This document shows, one piece after another, positions 21,110 to 30,782 of a DNA stretch of 64,000 bases. The DNA is from a bacterium (lineage in GTDB: Bacteria > CLD3 > SB21). The notes beneath the pieces are model-generated. The model was given only the letters and a program-made list of their open reading frames with translations, searched no databases and was not told the DNA's origin. The stretch's first letter is position 1. Each line of letters begins with the position of its first letter. The position numbers and the translations under genes are program-made. The DNA lies in assembly GCA_013360215.1 (NCBI GenBank), contig JABWCP010000007.1, positions 62,001-126,000 on the forward strand, written 5' to 3'.

Positions 21110-21460
21110 ATGAACAATTTTTTTATATCTCGACAAAAACAAGTGCACCGGATCATAAAGGAAATCACGGCACTTTATTTGGTTGTCTTTTTTTTAGCCG
21201 TGAGCGGTCGCCCTTGTTCGGAAGGAGTCGGCAATACCGATAACCGCATGACGATCCGGGTGCAGGATGAAAACCACGAAGAATCCTGCACCGATAGGTG
21301 TTCGCCGATGGACGGTTGTGCGTGCTGTTCGCATTATTGTATTTGTTTTTATATCAAAAAAATGCCGCTTCATTTTTATTTTACGACATACCGGCCGGCT
21401 TCTACGGACGTACCCATTTCCCTATATAACAGCAGAATTTTTCAACCGCCGCGTGGATAA
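21110..21460 (+). CDS. Cys-rich small exported protein (DUF6660-like) ending in IFQPPRG
   Basis: Signal-like N-terminus, CTDRCSPMDGCACCSHYC, C-terminal QPP, 35 nt upstream of the TonB receptor. Start uncertain (ATG 21110 or GTG 21143). Confidence 0.65.
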   Translation: MNNFFISRQKQVHRIIKEITALYLVVFFLAVSGRPCSEGVGNTDNRMTIRVQDENHEESCTDRCSPMDGCACCSHYCICFYIKKMPLHFYFTTYRPASTDVPISLYNSRIFQPPRG

Positions 21461-21495
21461 CGTTTTTAACGTTTATTTACACCAACGGAGATGAT

Positions 21496-23676
21496 ATGAA
21501 AAAATGGATTTTATTATGTATGACAGGGATCGGTCTGTCCGTACCGCAACTGTTAAATGCACAACATGCGCTCACAGTAAAAGTAACCGATTCCGAATCG
21601 GGCGAAGCGGTACCCGGTGCACAAGTGCATATTATGGGTACAACCCAAGGCGGCGTTTCGAATGCGGAAGGCATTGTACGACTTGAAAATATCGCCGAAG
21701 GCATTTACCGGCTGCGCATCACTTCCGCAGGTTATGAGGACGTGATTATGGAGATTCAGTTACCGCGCACGGACGCGAACCCGATCCCCATTGTACTGGA
21801 ACATGCCTCGCATGAAGGCGAAGAAATCACTGTTACGTCCACGCGTTCCAGTCGAACGATCGAAAATACACCGACGCGCGTCGAAGCCATCGCTGCGGAG
21901 GAATTGGACGAAAAGGCCAATATGCGCGTGAGTGATATTCGCATGCAACTCAATGAGAGTACAGGCATTCAGGTTCAGCAAACGTCAGTTACCTCCGGTA
22001 ATGCGGTATTTCGTATCCAGGGTCTTGATGGCCGTTACACACAATTGCTCAAAGACGGTTTCCCGCTGTACGCCGGTTTTTCCGGCGGGCTCAGCATCAC
22101 GCAAATACCGCCGCTTGATCTTCAGCAAATCGAGATCATCAAAGGCAGTGCATCTACGCTATACGGCGGTGGGGCTATTGCAGGGCTGATCAACTTGGTA
22201 AGCAAAACGCCGCAGGAAAAACCTGAGACTTTACTGATGGTCAACGGTACCACGGCCAAGGGTTTTGACGGCAATATCTATCACGCGCGGCGAAATGAAA
22301 AAATAGGGTATAGTGTGTTTTCATCAGCGCATACCCAAAGCCCGTACGATGCCGATGAGGATGGGTTTTCAGATATTCCTAAAATTCATCGCTTTGCGTT
22401 GAATCCCCGGGTTTATTATTATCCGGGTGAACGAAGCACACTGATGCTGGGATTTGACGGCGTTTTGGAAAGAAGGAACGGCGGCGACATGCAGCGCCTC
22501 GAGAACGGAAAAGATTCGATGCACACGTATATCGAAAAAAACCGTTCACGGCGCCTGTCCACACAGATGATGTGGCAACAACCTCTTTTCGGGCGAGCCA
22601 CGATGACATTTAAGAACAGTTTCAGTTTTTTTGATCGTGCGATTGTGCTGCAGGATTATCGTTTTACCGGATACCAACAATCTTCTTTTTCCGAATGGAC
22701 GTTGGGATATACGCATAAAAATAATTCCTGGATCATGGGCATCAACCTGTGGACGGATCGTTTTGATGAACAGAAGCCATCCCTAAAACGTGATTTTCAT
22801 AGCCTGACATCGGGAGTATTTGTCCAACATCAGGCGGAGTGGAGTGAAGATTGGTCATCCGAAGCCGGTCTGCGTTATGATCGCGATAAAGACTACGGTT
22901 CGTTTGTACTACCTCGTTTGTCCGTAATGCGCCGCTGGAATGCTTCGTGGACATCGCGGCTCGGCGGAGGACTTGGTTATAAATCGCCGACGATATTCAA
23001 TGAAACATCGGAAACGCAGTCCTATCGTAACATCCGCGGTATTCAAAAAAATCAACTTAAAGCCGAGACATCGCTTGGCGGAAATTTTGATATCAATTAT
23101 CAAAATGTTTGGGCAAAACGATTCCCTGTGTCGCTCAATACCATGGTGTATTATACGCGGTTGCGGCACGCGCTGACGTATGACAAAGATTCGCTGGCGT
23201 CGGGCGCGTACGATTTGATCAATTCCGACGGGCATATTGATACACGCGGTACGGAGATCAACGGAAAAATCAGTTACGAAGCATGGAAATTATTTGTCGG
23301 TTATACATGGGTGGATATAAAGCGTCATGAAAACGGCGGTACATCGCATATACCGCTATCGGCTAAACACCGGCTTGGGCTTGTACTCGTGTATGAAGAA
23401 GAGGCACGTTGGCGTGCGGGTATCGAATCGTATTATACCGGTCATCAGTACCGCAGTGATGGCCGTTCTACAAATGATTTTTGGATTTTTGGTTTTATGA
23501 TTCAGCGCACCATGGGCCCGTATGCCGTATTTGTCAATTTTGAAAACTTCACGGATACGCGTCAATCCCGCTTTGAAGCGCTGTACACCGGTACGCGAAC
23601 CAATCCGGATTTTAAGGAACTCTATGCGCCGACGGAGGGTTTTGTGGCGAATGCAGGTTTAAAAATACGCTGGTAA
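21496..23676 (+). CDS. TonB-dependent outer-membrane receptor
   Basis: Signal peptide, CarboxypepD_reg-like N-domain, plug (RIQGLDGRYTQLLKDG, IEIIKGSASTLYGGGAIAGLIN), C-terminal W. Confidence 0.95.
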   Translation: MKKWILLCMTGIGLSVPQLLNAQHALTVKVTDSESGEAVPGAQVHIMGTTQGGVSNAEGIVRLENIAEGIYRLRITSAGYEDVIMEIQLPRTDANPIPIVLEHASHEGEEITVTSTRSSRTIENTPTRVEAIAAEELDEKANMRVSDIRMQLNESTGIQVQQTSVTSGNAVFRIQGLDGRYTQLLKDGFPLYAGFSGGLSITQIPPLDLQQIEIIKGSASTLYGGGAIAGLINLVSKTPQEKPETLLMVNGTTAKGFDGNIYHARRNEKIGYSVFSSAHTQSPYDADEDGFSDIPKIHRFALNPRVYYYPGERSTLMLGFDGVLERRNGGDMQRLENGKDSMHTYIEKNRSRRLSTQMMWQQPLFGRATMTFKNSFSFFDRAIVLQDYRFTGYQQSSFSEWTLGYTHKNNSWIMGINLWTDRFDEQKPSLKRDFHSLTSGVFVQHQAEWSEDWSSEAGLRYDRDKDYGSFVLPRLSVMRRWNASWTSRLGGGLGYKSPTIFNETSETQSYRNIRGIQKNQLKAETSLGGNFDINYQNVWAKRFPVSLNTMVYYTRLRHALTYDKDSLASGAYDLINSDGHIDTRGTEINGKISYEAWKLFVGYTWVDIKRHENGGTSHIPLSAKHRLGLVLVYEEEARWRAGIESYYTGHQYRSDGRSTNDFWIFGFMIQRTMGPYAVFVNFENFTDTRQSRFEALYTGTRTNPDFKELYAPTEGFVANAGLKIRW

Positions 23677-23695
23677 GCATCACGTACCGGATATG

Positions 23696-23731
23696 GTTTT
23701 TTGATTTTGTAGTTGTTCGTTTGTACTATAA
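23696..23731 (+). repeat. Direct repeat copy 2 (36 bp)
   Basis: GTTTTTTGATTTTGTAGTTGTTCGTTTGTACTATAA. As in copy 1, TCCCGT follows and opens a terminator stem. Confidence 0.85.
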
Positions 23732-23763
23732 TCCCGTCGAATAAAACGGCGGGATATTTTTTT
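23731..23763 (+). terminator. Intrinsic terminator after the TonB receptor
   Basis: ATCCCGTCG-AATAAAA-CGGCGGGAT followed by a T tract. Confidence 0.75.
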
Positions 23764-23839
23764 AAATACTTCATAAAACGTCAACGAGTATATTTCATAG
23801 TATACGTCGTTTATTTTTAATCAGTAATACAATCACGGT

Positions 23840-24568
23840 ATGCGCAACATACGTATAGTCGTAGAATACGACGGCACGGATTTTCACGGATGGCAATATC
23901 AATCGCACTGTCGCTCCGTACAAGGTACGCTGCAGGAAGCCGTACATCGCATCACATCCGAAAACATCGTCGTCGAAGGTGCGGGGCGTACCGATACGGG
24001 TGTGCATGCACGCGGACAGGTGGCCAATTTTAAAATAAATCACGCTATCGCTGAAGGAAGAATCGCGTTGGCACTAAACGCCGTCCTGCCGACGGATGTG
24101 CGCGTCATTTCGGCACAGGAAGCGCCGGATACATTTCATGCGCGTTTTTCGGCGCGGGAACGTCGTTATCGTTATCGTATCACACCGATGCCTGCCGCAT
24201 TACAACGTCATTATTGTTGGTTTTATCCCCATGCGATGAATTGGGAGGCCATGCAAGCTGCGTGTGCGGAATTGATCGGTGAAAAAAATTTCAAATCGTT
24301 TTGTTTGTCAGAAACCGTGCTGCCGCATTATCAATGCGATGTCAAGTCGGCGGTATGGCTGATGGAAAATGATGTCCACGTGTTTGAAATACGGGCGAAT
24401 CGTTTTTTGCATAATATGGTACGGGGTATCGTCGGAACCATGATCATGATCGGTCGCGGCCGTCTTAAGCCGGGTGATATCGCAACGATCTTAGCTAAAG
24501 CACATCGCCGCCACGCGGGATTTAATGCGCCGCCGCACGGTTTGTGCTTAGAGGAAGTGATTTACTGA
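23840..24568 (+). CDS. truA: tRNA pseudouridine(38-40) synthase TruA
   Basis: EYDGTDFHGWQ, GAGRTDTGVHA, FHARFSA, FLHNMVR, APPHGL. Confidence 0.98.
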   Translation: MRNIRIVVEYDGTDFHGWQYQSHCRSVQGTLQEAVHRITSENIVVEGAGRTDTGVHARGQVANFKINHAIAEGRIALALNAVLPTDVRVISAQEAPDTFHARFSARERRYRYRITPMPAALQRHYCWFYPHAMNWEAMQAACAELIGEKNFKSFCLSETVLPHYQCDVKSAVWLMENDVHVFEIRANRFLHNMVRGIVGTMIMIGRGRLKPGDIATILAKAHRRHAGFNAPPHGLCLEEVIY

Positions 24569-24717
24569 CGAGGAAAAATCACATCATTGCCGCCACACAA
24601 AACTACTTCATTTCTATATGACAGCGTGTCCTATTCGCAGGTAAACTTCATAATAATTTCCTTTGCAGCTAAGTGATTTATGCGCGTACATTGAGGGCGA
24701 ACATACTTCGTTGTGCT

Positions 24718-25308
24718 ATGAAAATTCCTAAACTCAGCAGCGACATACCTACATTTGGTAACGCTCTATCCCGTAAAATCGGTTATATGATTTTACGATC
24801 CATGCGTTGGCATATTGAGGGCGAAATACCGAATCTGAAAAAGATGGTAATTATCGGTGCGCCGCATACGACGAATTGGGATTTTGTAATCGGGATGTCG
24901 GCTTTAATGGCGCTCGGTGTTCGCGTGCACTGGATCGGAAAAGATACGATTTTCAAGTGGCCTGTAAAATATGTCTGGCAATGGCTTGGCGGGGAACCGG
25001 TAGACCGATTTCACGCACACGGCGTGGTAGAACAAATCGTTCAAAAATTTAACGCGCACGATCAGTTTATTCTCGGACTGTCGCCCGAAGGTACGCGAAG
25101 AGATATTCCAAAATGGCGCAGCGGTTTTTATCATGTGTCCGTCGGTGCCGGTGTACCCATATTATTAGTCGCATTTGATTTTCCGTCGAAAACACTGCGT
25201 ATCGGCGAATTGTTTTACCCCACGTCAAATCCTGATTCGGATATGCTGCAGTTAACCGGGTACTTTAAGAACTTCCGCGGAAAATTTGTTAAAACGTGGC
25301 AGAATTAA
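24718..25308 (+). CDS. Lysophospholipid acyltransferase (PlsC family)
   Basis: APHTTNWD (HxxxxD), SPEGTR, W.SGFY. Confidence 0.9.
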   Translation: MKIPKLSSDIPTFGNALSRKIGYMILRSMRWHIEGEIPNLKKMVIIGAPHTTNWDFVIGMSALMALGVRVHWIGKDTIFKWPVKYVWQWLGGEPVDRFHAHGVVEQIVQKFNAHDQFILGLSPEGTRRDIPKWRSGFYHVSVGAGVPILLVAFDFPSKTLRIGELFYPTSNPDSDMLQLTGYFKNFRGKFVKTWQN

Positions 25309-25327
25309 TTTTTTTTGAAACTTTAAA

Positions 25328-25344
25328 AACTACATAACGTAGTA
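25328..25344. promoter_or_regulatory. BlaI-type operator 1
   Basis: AACTAC-ATAAC-GTAGTA palindrome 5 nt before the repressor start codon. Confidence 0.75.
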
Positions 25345-25349
25345 GGATT

Positions 25350-25769
25350 ATGTCTAAACATACATTTACATTTGATCCGCGCGGTAAAGGTTTACGCAAA
25401 GTGCTTGGCGATCTGGAGTCCGATATCATGGAAGTGGTATGGGAATATAAATCGGTCACCGTGCGTGATGTATGCACACACCTCAACAAAAAGAGGCCTT
25501 TGGCTTATACTACCGTGATGACGGTTATGACGCGGTTGGCAGAAAAAGGCGTATTGCGAAAAATCAAATCCGGCGCCGCGTTTGTTTATCAACCGGCACG
25601 ATCACGGGAATCGTTCACGTTAAGCGCATCGGTTCAAATTTTTAAAAGCCTTTTTGATGATTTTTCAAAACCGGTAATGAGCGAACTGATTGATACGATT
25701 CATCGGGAAAACCCCGAACGATTGGATGAGTTGGCCGCATTGATAGAGAAAAAGAAAAAAAAGAAATGA
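25350..25769 (+). CDS. BlaI/MecI/CopY family repressor
   Basis: LGDLESDIMEVVW, LAYTTVMTVMTRLAEKG. Confidence 0.95.
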   Translation: MSKHTFTFDPRGKGLRKVLGDLESDIMEVVWEYKSVTVRDVCTHLNKKRPLAYTTVMTVMTRLAEKGVLRKIKSGAAFVYQPARSRESFTLSASVQIFKSLFDDFSKPVMSELIDTIHRENPERLDELAALIEKKKKKK

Positions 25770-26698
25770 ATTACTTCGATATTATTTATACGGAGGTATT
25801 GACTTATCTCGGGTTTTTTGTTGTGAATCCGATTGCTTGCGCGTACGTCGCAATGTTGCAAACGGCACTCTTGATGAGCGCGGGTCTTATTGCGTTGGGT
25901 ATTTATAAGCAAAACCGCACCATAAAAATGTGGAAAAAAAATTCAATACAACCCGATAAACGATGGATGGCCACTGTTGAAAAAATCAATCGCCGTATCG
26001 GGCTCTCTTCGCTACCGGGATTACGTTTTACCCATCAGGCGCTTCCTATTTGTACGGTGGGTTTTTTTAAACCGGTTATTTATATACCGGAACCGATGGT
26101 GCGAAATTTAACAGATTCCGACCTCGCGATGATTGCAGAACATGAACTGTGGCATATAAAAAAACGCCACAATCTGAAAAAATTAATCATGCGTTCATTG
26201 GGGCTCGTGGGTTCGCTTTGGTCGGGTTTTGCAACCGGACTCGCACTGACCTATCGTGTTTTGGATCAACGGTATGAAATCATCGGATTTGTGCTTTCGT
26301 TTATATTAGGTCTAATTTTGATGCGCGCATTCCGTCGTTATGTTATACCGTATTTTGATTTGTGGTGCGAGTATGAATGCGACGATGCTTTGCAGATGTG
26401 TCGTAATCAGCGACAAACTATGGCGGCAATGCTGGTTCGATTGGGAAAAATGAATATTGTTTCCGATCCGATGCGGGACATGATCCGATGTGCAGCGGTT
26501 TCGCATTTGGAGAAGCGCGTTCGACGGTTAATCAGTGAACCCGCATCAAACGCGTTTACGCCTTATATTCGCGGTGTTCTATACTTCGTAGCGATAGTAT
26601 TGATCGTCAACGTGATCAACATCCACCGCGCACATAATTTCCAATGGGTTTCCGGCCACGGCAAACGAATGCATTTGTGCGCGGGGCAATGTAAATAA
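25766..26698 (+). CDS. BlaR1-type M56 membrane metallopeptidase (no C-terminal penicillin-binding sensor)
   Basis: GFFKPVIYIP, HELWH zinc motif, EYECD, LEKRV. Translationally coupled to the repressor. Confidence 0.85.
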   Translation: MNYFDIIYTEVLTYLGFFVVNPIACAYVAMLQTALLMSAGLIALGIYKQNRTIKMWKKNSIQPDKRWMATVEKINRRIGLSSLPGLRFTHQALPICTVGFFKPVIYIPEPMVRNLTDSDLAMIAEHELWHIKKRHNLKKLIMRSLGLVGSLWSGFATGLALTYRVLDQRYEIIGFVLSFILGLILMRAFRRYVIPYFDLWCEYECDDALQMCRNQRQTMAAMLVRLGKMNIVSDPMRDMIRCAAVSHLEKRVRRLISEPASNAFTPYIRGVLYFVAIVLIVNVINIHRAHNFQWVSGHGKRMHLCAGQCK

Positions 26699-26713
26699 TT
26701 TTTTACCATACAT

Positions 26714-26730
26714 TACTACACTATGTAGTA
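26714..26730. promoter_or_regulatory. BlaI-type operator 2
   Basis: TACTAC-ACTAT-GTAGTA perfect palindrome upstream of 26750. Confidence 0.8.
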
Positions 26731-26749
26731 GAAAATAAAAAGGAGATTC

Positions 26750-27214
26750 ATGAAAACACTACTCATGATCGCGTTTCTCGTGCCGTGCATCGGGTGTCGG
26801 GTCAATCCTGATTTGGAAGCGGAAAAAACGGAGCTGTTACGCTTACACGAAGCACAACGACGTGCCCATTTTGATCGCAACGTAGATCCGATGACGGAAG
26901 GGCATGTACCGCAACGTATTCAAATCAACGGAGGAGAGTTATCCTACACCACGCCGGAGCAAACGCGTGCCCGGTTTGAGCGTTATTTTGGTCGTGTCGA
27001 ATTTCTTCGTTGGGATGATACGATCGAACCGATCATTGTGATTTCTGATGATGCTACGTTGGCCAATACATTTGTTCAGAAACTCGTTGTGGTGTCTTAT
27101 CAGGATGAGCGCGGCGCCAAACAATTGGATACAACCCGGTTTGCCTGGACAACGACTTACCGAAAAATAAACGATCAATGGCAGATGATCGCTGTGACTT
27201 CCACCCGAAAATAA
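26750..27214 (+). CDS. NTF2-like (DUF4440-type) lipoprotein
   Basis: Lipobox IGC, AAGGAG RBS, 'WTTTYRKINDQWQM' NTF2-like end. Confidence 0.65.
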   Translation: MKTLLMIAFLVPCIGCRVNPDLEAEKTELLRLHEAQRRAHFDRNVDPMTEGHVPQRIQINGGELSYTTPEQTRARFERYFGRVEFLRWDDTIEPIIVISDDATLANTFVQKLVVVSYQDERGAKQLDTTRFAWTTTYRKINDQWQMIAVTSTRK

Positions 27215-27218
27215 GGAG

Positions 27219-28490
27219 ATGAAAATGGTACGAATCGGATTGTTTTGTTTTTTGTTTCATTCCGCGGTTGCTCAAAATGATATTATGCATTTGTATCGTG
27301 ATGCGATGGCATCAATGATGAAAAAAGATTTCGAACATGCGGAACAGAAACTCCGAACGCTGGACAGTCTTATGCCGGATGACACGGAAATTTATTTCCT
27401 CCGAGCGCAGGTTTTAGCTCACATGGGTGATCATGCTAAAGCAATGGGCCTGTTGAAGGCGAGTCTAATCATGGGCAGCGATATGCTTTTCACAATCGGT
27501 AAAGACAGCGCATTTGCAGGTTTGTGGGCCGACTCCGAGTTTCAAAATTTACTCAAAGAAATTGAACAGCTTAAACGGCCCGTCCATCACAGCCGCGATG
27601 CTTATCTTCTTACAGAGCGGGATTTGATACCCGAGGGCACGGCCTACGATGGACATACCGGGCAACTTTTTATTAGCAGTACCTATAAAAGAAAGATCAA
27701 ACGCATTTATCCGGACGGGCGCAGCGATGATTTTACCAAGGAAGGCCAAGACGGCTTGCTCGGCGTAGTCGGGATGGAGGTGGATTCCGTGCGGCGAATT
27801 TTATGGGTTAATAGCTGTAATAATCCGAATATGCCGATACGGGATAGTAATGCCGATGCACGGGTTCCTGCGCGGGTGCATAAATTTGACCTTACGACAG
27901 GACGTCTGCTGCAGCGGTATGATGCCCCGGCGGGTTCACATTTTTTCAACGATCTTACCGTCACGGCGAAAGGGGATGTTTTTATTACCGATACCGAATC
28001 GGGAGAAATCTGGCAGATCGCCTCTGAACGCCATACGCTAGAAATATTTTTGAAACCGCAGAACGTGCTTTTCCTCAACGGCATTACCAAGTCGCCGGAC
28101 GATCAATGGCTTTATGTTGCCCATGCGGCGGGAATTTTAGTTATAGATATTGCTACACGCCGGTATGAGCCTTTGAAACATCCGCCGTTATTTCCGCTCG
28201 GAAGCATTGACGGGCTGGCTTTTTACAAGCAATCGCTCATCGCGCATCAGTCGGGTGTCGTTGGACGAATCAAACGAATTTATCTGGATAACGATCTGCG
28301 CACGGCCACACACGCAACGGTTTTGGAAGCGCATAATCCGCATTTTGATCAACCGACGACGGGCGAGATCGGCGGTTCGTTTTATTATTACATCGCCAAT
28401 GCGCAATTACGGAGCGGGTTTAGGAATAAAAAAATCAAACCTTATCACGAACTCCGAGACGTTGTAATTCTGAAAATCCCTTTGGAGTAA
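27219..28490 (+). CDS. Exported TPR + SMP-30/gluconolactonase-like beta-propeller protein
   Basis: Signal peptide, TPR-like helices, PEG.AYD, FFNDL, FLNGI, IDGL repeats. Confidence 0.75.
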   Translation: MKMVRIGLFCFLFHSAVAQNDIMHLYRDAMASMMKKDFEHAEQKLRTLDSLMPDDTEIYFLRAQVLAHMGDHAKAMGLLKASLIMGSDMLFTIGKDSAFAGLWADSEFQNLLKEIEQLKRPVHHSRDAYLLTERDLIPEGTAYDGHTGQLFISSTYKRKIKRIYPDGRSDDFTKEGQDGLLGVVGMEVDSVRRILWVNSCNNPNMPIRDSNADARVPARVHKFDLTTGRLLQRYDAPAGSHFFNDLTVTAKGDVFITDTESGEIWQIASERHTLEIFLKPQNVLFLNGITKSPDDQWLYVAHAAGILVIDIATRRYEPLKHPPLFPLGSIDGLAFYKQSLIAHQSGVVGRIKRIYLDNDLRTATHATVLEAHNPHFDQPTTGEIGGSFYYYIANAQLRSGFRNKKIKPYHELRDVVILKIPLE

Positions 28491-28572
28491 ATCATGCGCA
28501 TACCGTAAAAATCGTCCTTTGAAATTCATGCTACGCTGTGTATGTTGGCGAAACTAAACATATACACAACTT

Positions 28573-29814
28573 ATGGCCATTCCGCATCCCTGGCGCGGTA
28601 TACATCTTCTGCCGAAACCGATTTGGGTACTTTTTTGGACGACCTTAGTCAATCGCAGCGGCATGATGGCGTTGCCGTACTTGGTTCTTTATCTTACCAA
28701 AGAATTGCACTATACCGCTGAGGACGCCGCGGCGATGATCGTCGTGTATGGCATCGGGGCGTTTTTAACCGGGCCGGTAGCCGGTAAAATTTCCGATCGC
28801 ATCGGTGCACATCGCATCATGATTTTATCTTTGGTTGCGACGGGCATGGTTTTGGTGACTATTCCGTTGGCGCATGAATTTTGGGCTGTGGCTTGTCTCA
28901 CCGTACTATGGGCCGTCGTAAGCGAAGCTTTCAGACCGGCGAGCCTTGCGGTCGTGACCAATTTGGTTTCCGTTGACCAACGCAAATTAGCTTTTGCCGT
29001 CAATCGTCTTGCGATCAATATCGGCATGAGTATCGGTCCCGCCGTCGGCGGATTTATTGCACTCTATTCGTATCCGATGTTGTTTTATGTGAATGGTATA
29101 TTTTCGGTGTTAGCCAGTCTGGTGATGATGTTTTCCCGTTGGCCGGAAGCGCATTCGGCACACGCTGCGGCCGCGCTTCATCGTGAAGCGGAATCGGACA
29201 TGCATCCGTGGCAGAATCTTTCATTTATGTATTTTTTGATTCCGCTATTTTTGATCATGTTGATCTTTTTTCAGATTGATGCGACGGTGGCGTTGTATCT
29301 TGTTCGCGACATGGCGTATCCGGAATCCCATTTCGGGTTATTATTTTCGGTGAACACGGTACTCATCATTTTTCTCGAAGTCTGGATCAATATACGTATG
29401 AGTCACTGGAAACACCGGCATGCGCTCAGTCTCGGAGCGCTTCTGATCGCGTTGGGTTTCGGATTGATGGCTTTCAGCGGGCATATCGGCTACATTGCTT
29501 TTACTGTGGCTGTGTGGACATTTGGTGAGATGATTCTTTTTCCCGGTTCGGCGGCGTATGTATCGGATATCGCACCGGCATCGCGGCGCGGAGAATATAT
29601 GGGCTACTATCAAATGACGTTTAGTCTCGGATTGATCATCGGGCCGTGGCTGGGTGTGCTGTTGTATGAAGCGACCGACGCGCCTACATTATGGTTGACG
29701 ACATTGGGTGTCGGTATCGTGGCGACCGGTATGCTGCGTTTGGTCAAAGAGCCGCCGACGGTAACGATGAAAGTTTTATCGGAGGCAAAACCGGGCGGTA
29801 CGGATAACCCATGA
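28573..29814 (+). CDS. MFS transporter
   Basis: GKISDRIGAHR motif A, about 12 TM segments, RGEYMG. Confidence 0.93.
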   Translation: MAIPHPWRGIHLLPKPIWVLFWTTLVNRSGMMALPYLVLYLTKELHYTAEDAAAMIVVYGIGAFLTGPVAGKISDRIGAHRIMILSLVATGMVLVTIPLAHEFWAVACLTVLWAVVSEAFRPASLAVVTNLVSVDQRKLAFAVNRLAINIGMSIGPAVGGFIALYSYPMLFYVNGIFSVLASLVMMFSRWPEAHSAHAAAALHREAESDMHPWQNLSFMYFLIPLFLIMLIFFQIDATVALYLVRDMAYPESHFGLLFSVNTVLIIFLEVWINIRMSHWKHRHALSLGALLIALGFGLMAFSGHIGYIAFTVAVWTFGEMILFPGSAAYVSDIAPASRRGEYMGYYQMTFSLGLIIGPWLGVLLYEATDAPTLWLTTLGVGIVATGMLRLVKEPPTVTMKVLSEAKPGGTDNP

Positions 29815-30257
29815 AAAAAGAAAAACCATCTTCGGCGTTTGAAATCTTTCCTGCGGACATCATGACCGCGCGTCATACGCCGTTGGCCAACGATACGGTT
29901 TCGGCGGGGTTTCCTTCGCCGGCGGATGATTTTGTAGATAGGATGTTGGATCTCAATGAGCATCTGATCAAAAACAAAGCGGCTACGTTTCTTGTGCGCG
30001 TGCGCGGCACGTCGATGATCAATGCAGGTATTCATGACGGCGACATTCTGATCGTGGATCGTTCGCTGGAAGCGTCCAACGGAAAAATCGTCATCGGCGT
30101 AGTCAATGGGGAGTTCACCGTAAAGCGCATTCAAAAACGCGGCATGGATTTATATCTCATGCCGGAAAACGATCAATTTCAGCCCATCCGCATTAACGAA
30201 GATATGGATTTCAAAATCTGGGGTGTCGTAACGTATATCATTCACAAGTCGCCGTGA
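29811..30257 (+). CDS. umuD: DNA polymerase V subunit UmuD
   Basis: VSAGFPSPADD, GTSM catalytic Ser, GDILIVDRS, EFTVKR. Confidence 0.96.
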   Translation: MKKEKPSSAFEIFPADIMTARHTPLANDTVSAGFPSPADDFVDRMLDLNEHLIKNKAATFLVRVRGTSMINAGIHDGDILIVDRSLEASNGKIVIGVVNGEFTVKRIQKRGMDLYLMPENDQFQPIRINEDMDFKIWGVVTYIIHKSP

Positions 30258-30331
30258 CCGTGTATGATTGTAAGGCACGCTATTCAAACAAACTCAATTT
30301 ATCGGATTTATTCTTAGTAGCACTGGCAAAA

Positions 30332-30748
30332 TTATAAACTCGGATTCAACGATATTGCGACAGAGATCGAAGCGGCAACAAGAGCGATGAGGCTTAGGGT
30401 AATTAGCAACGTAGCGGTTTCAGATTCGCACAATCCTTCTTTTTGAATAATTTCAATATTTTTGATTTGTGTGCGCTTGAGCCAAATACTATCCACATTA
30501 TTTCCAAGCGCTCTTTTATGACGGGGTGTAAAACGATAACCTGTATCTTCTTTTTGAATTGTACCGGTTACAGTTATAAGCTTATTTGAATCATCTGTAA
30601 AAGTTACTTTCAGCGTTTTTTTTGAGGTGATAGCGGCTTGTATTTGGGCTTCTGATATTTCGGGTGAAGCGGTTGAATCGTATGCTATTGTCGTAGTTAT
30701 ACCGCAACCCAAAACCGCTGTAGTTAAAATTATCAACACGTATCTCAT
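30332..30748 (-). CDS. Hypothetical lipoprotein / membrane protein
   Basis: GGAGA RBS before the ATG at 30748, lipobox VLGC, C-terminal TM helix. Confidence 0.6.
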   Translation of the reverse strand: MRYVLIILTTAVLGCGITTTIAYDSTASPEISEAQIQAAITSKKTLKVTFTDDSNKLITVTGTIQKEDTGYRFTPRHKRALGNNVDSIWLKRTQIKNIEIIQKEGLCESETATLLITLSLIALVAASISVAISLNPSL

Positions 30749-30782
30749 GGTAGTCTCCAAGCGATCGTAATGCTTCGCATTT

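Noticed and set aside
29700-29811. LexA/SOS box for umuD
   Set aside because: umuD overlaps the MFS stop codon, and I found no convincing palindrome. The LexA motif of this lineage is unknown to me.
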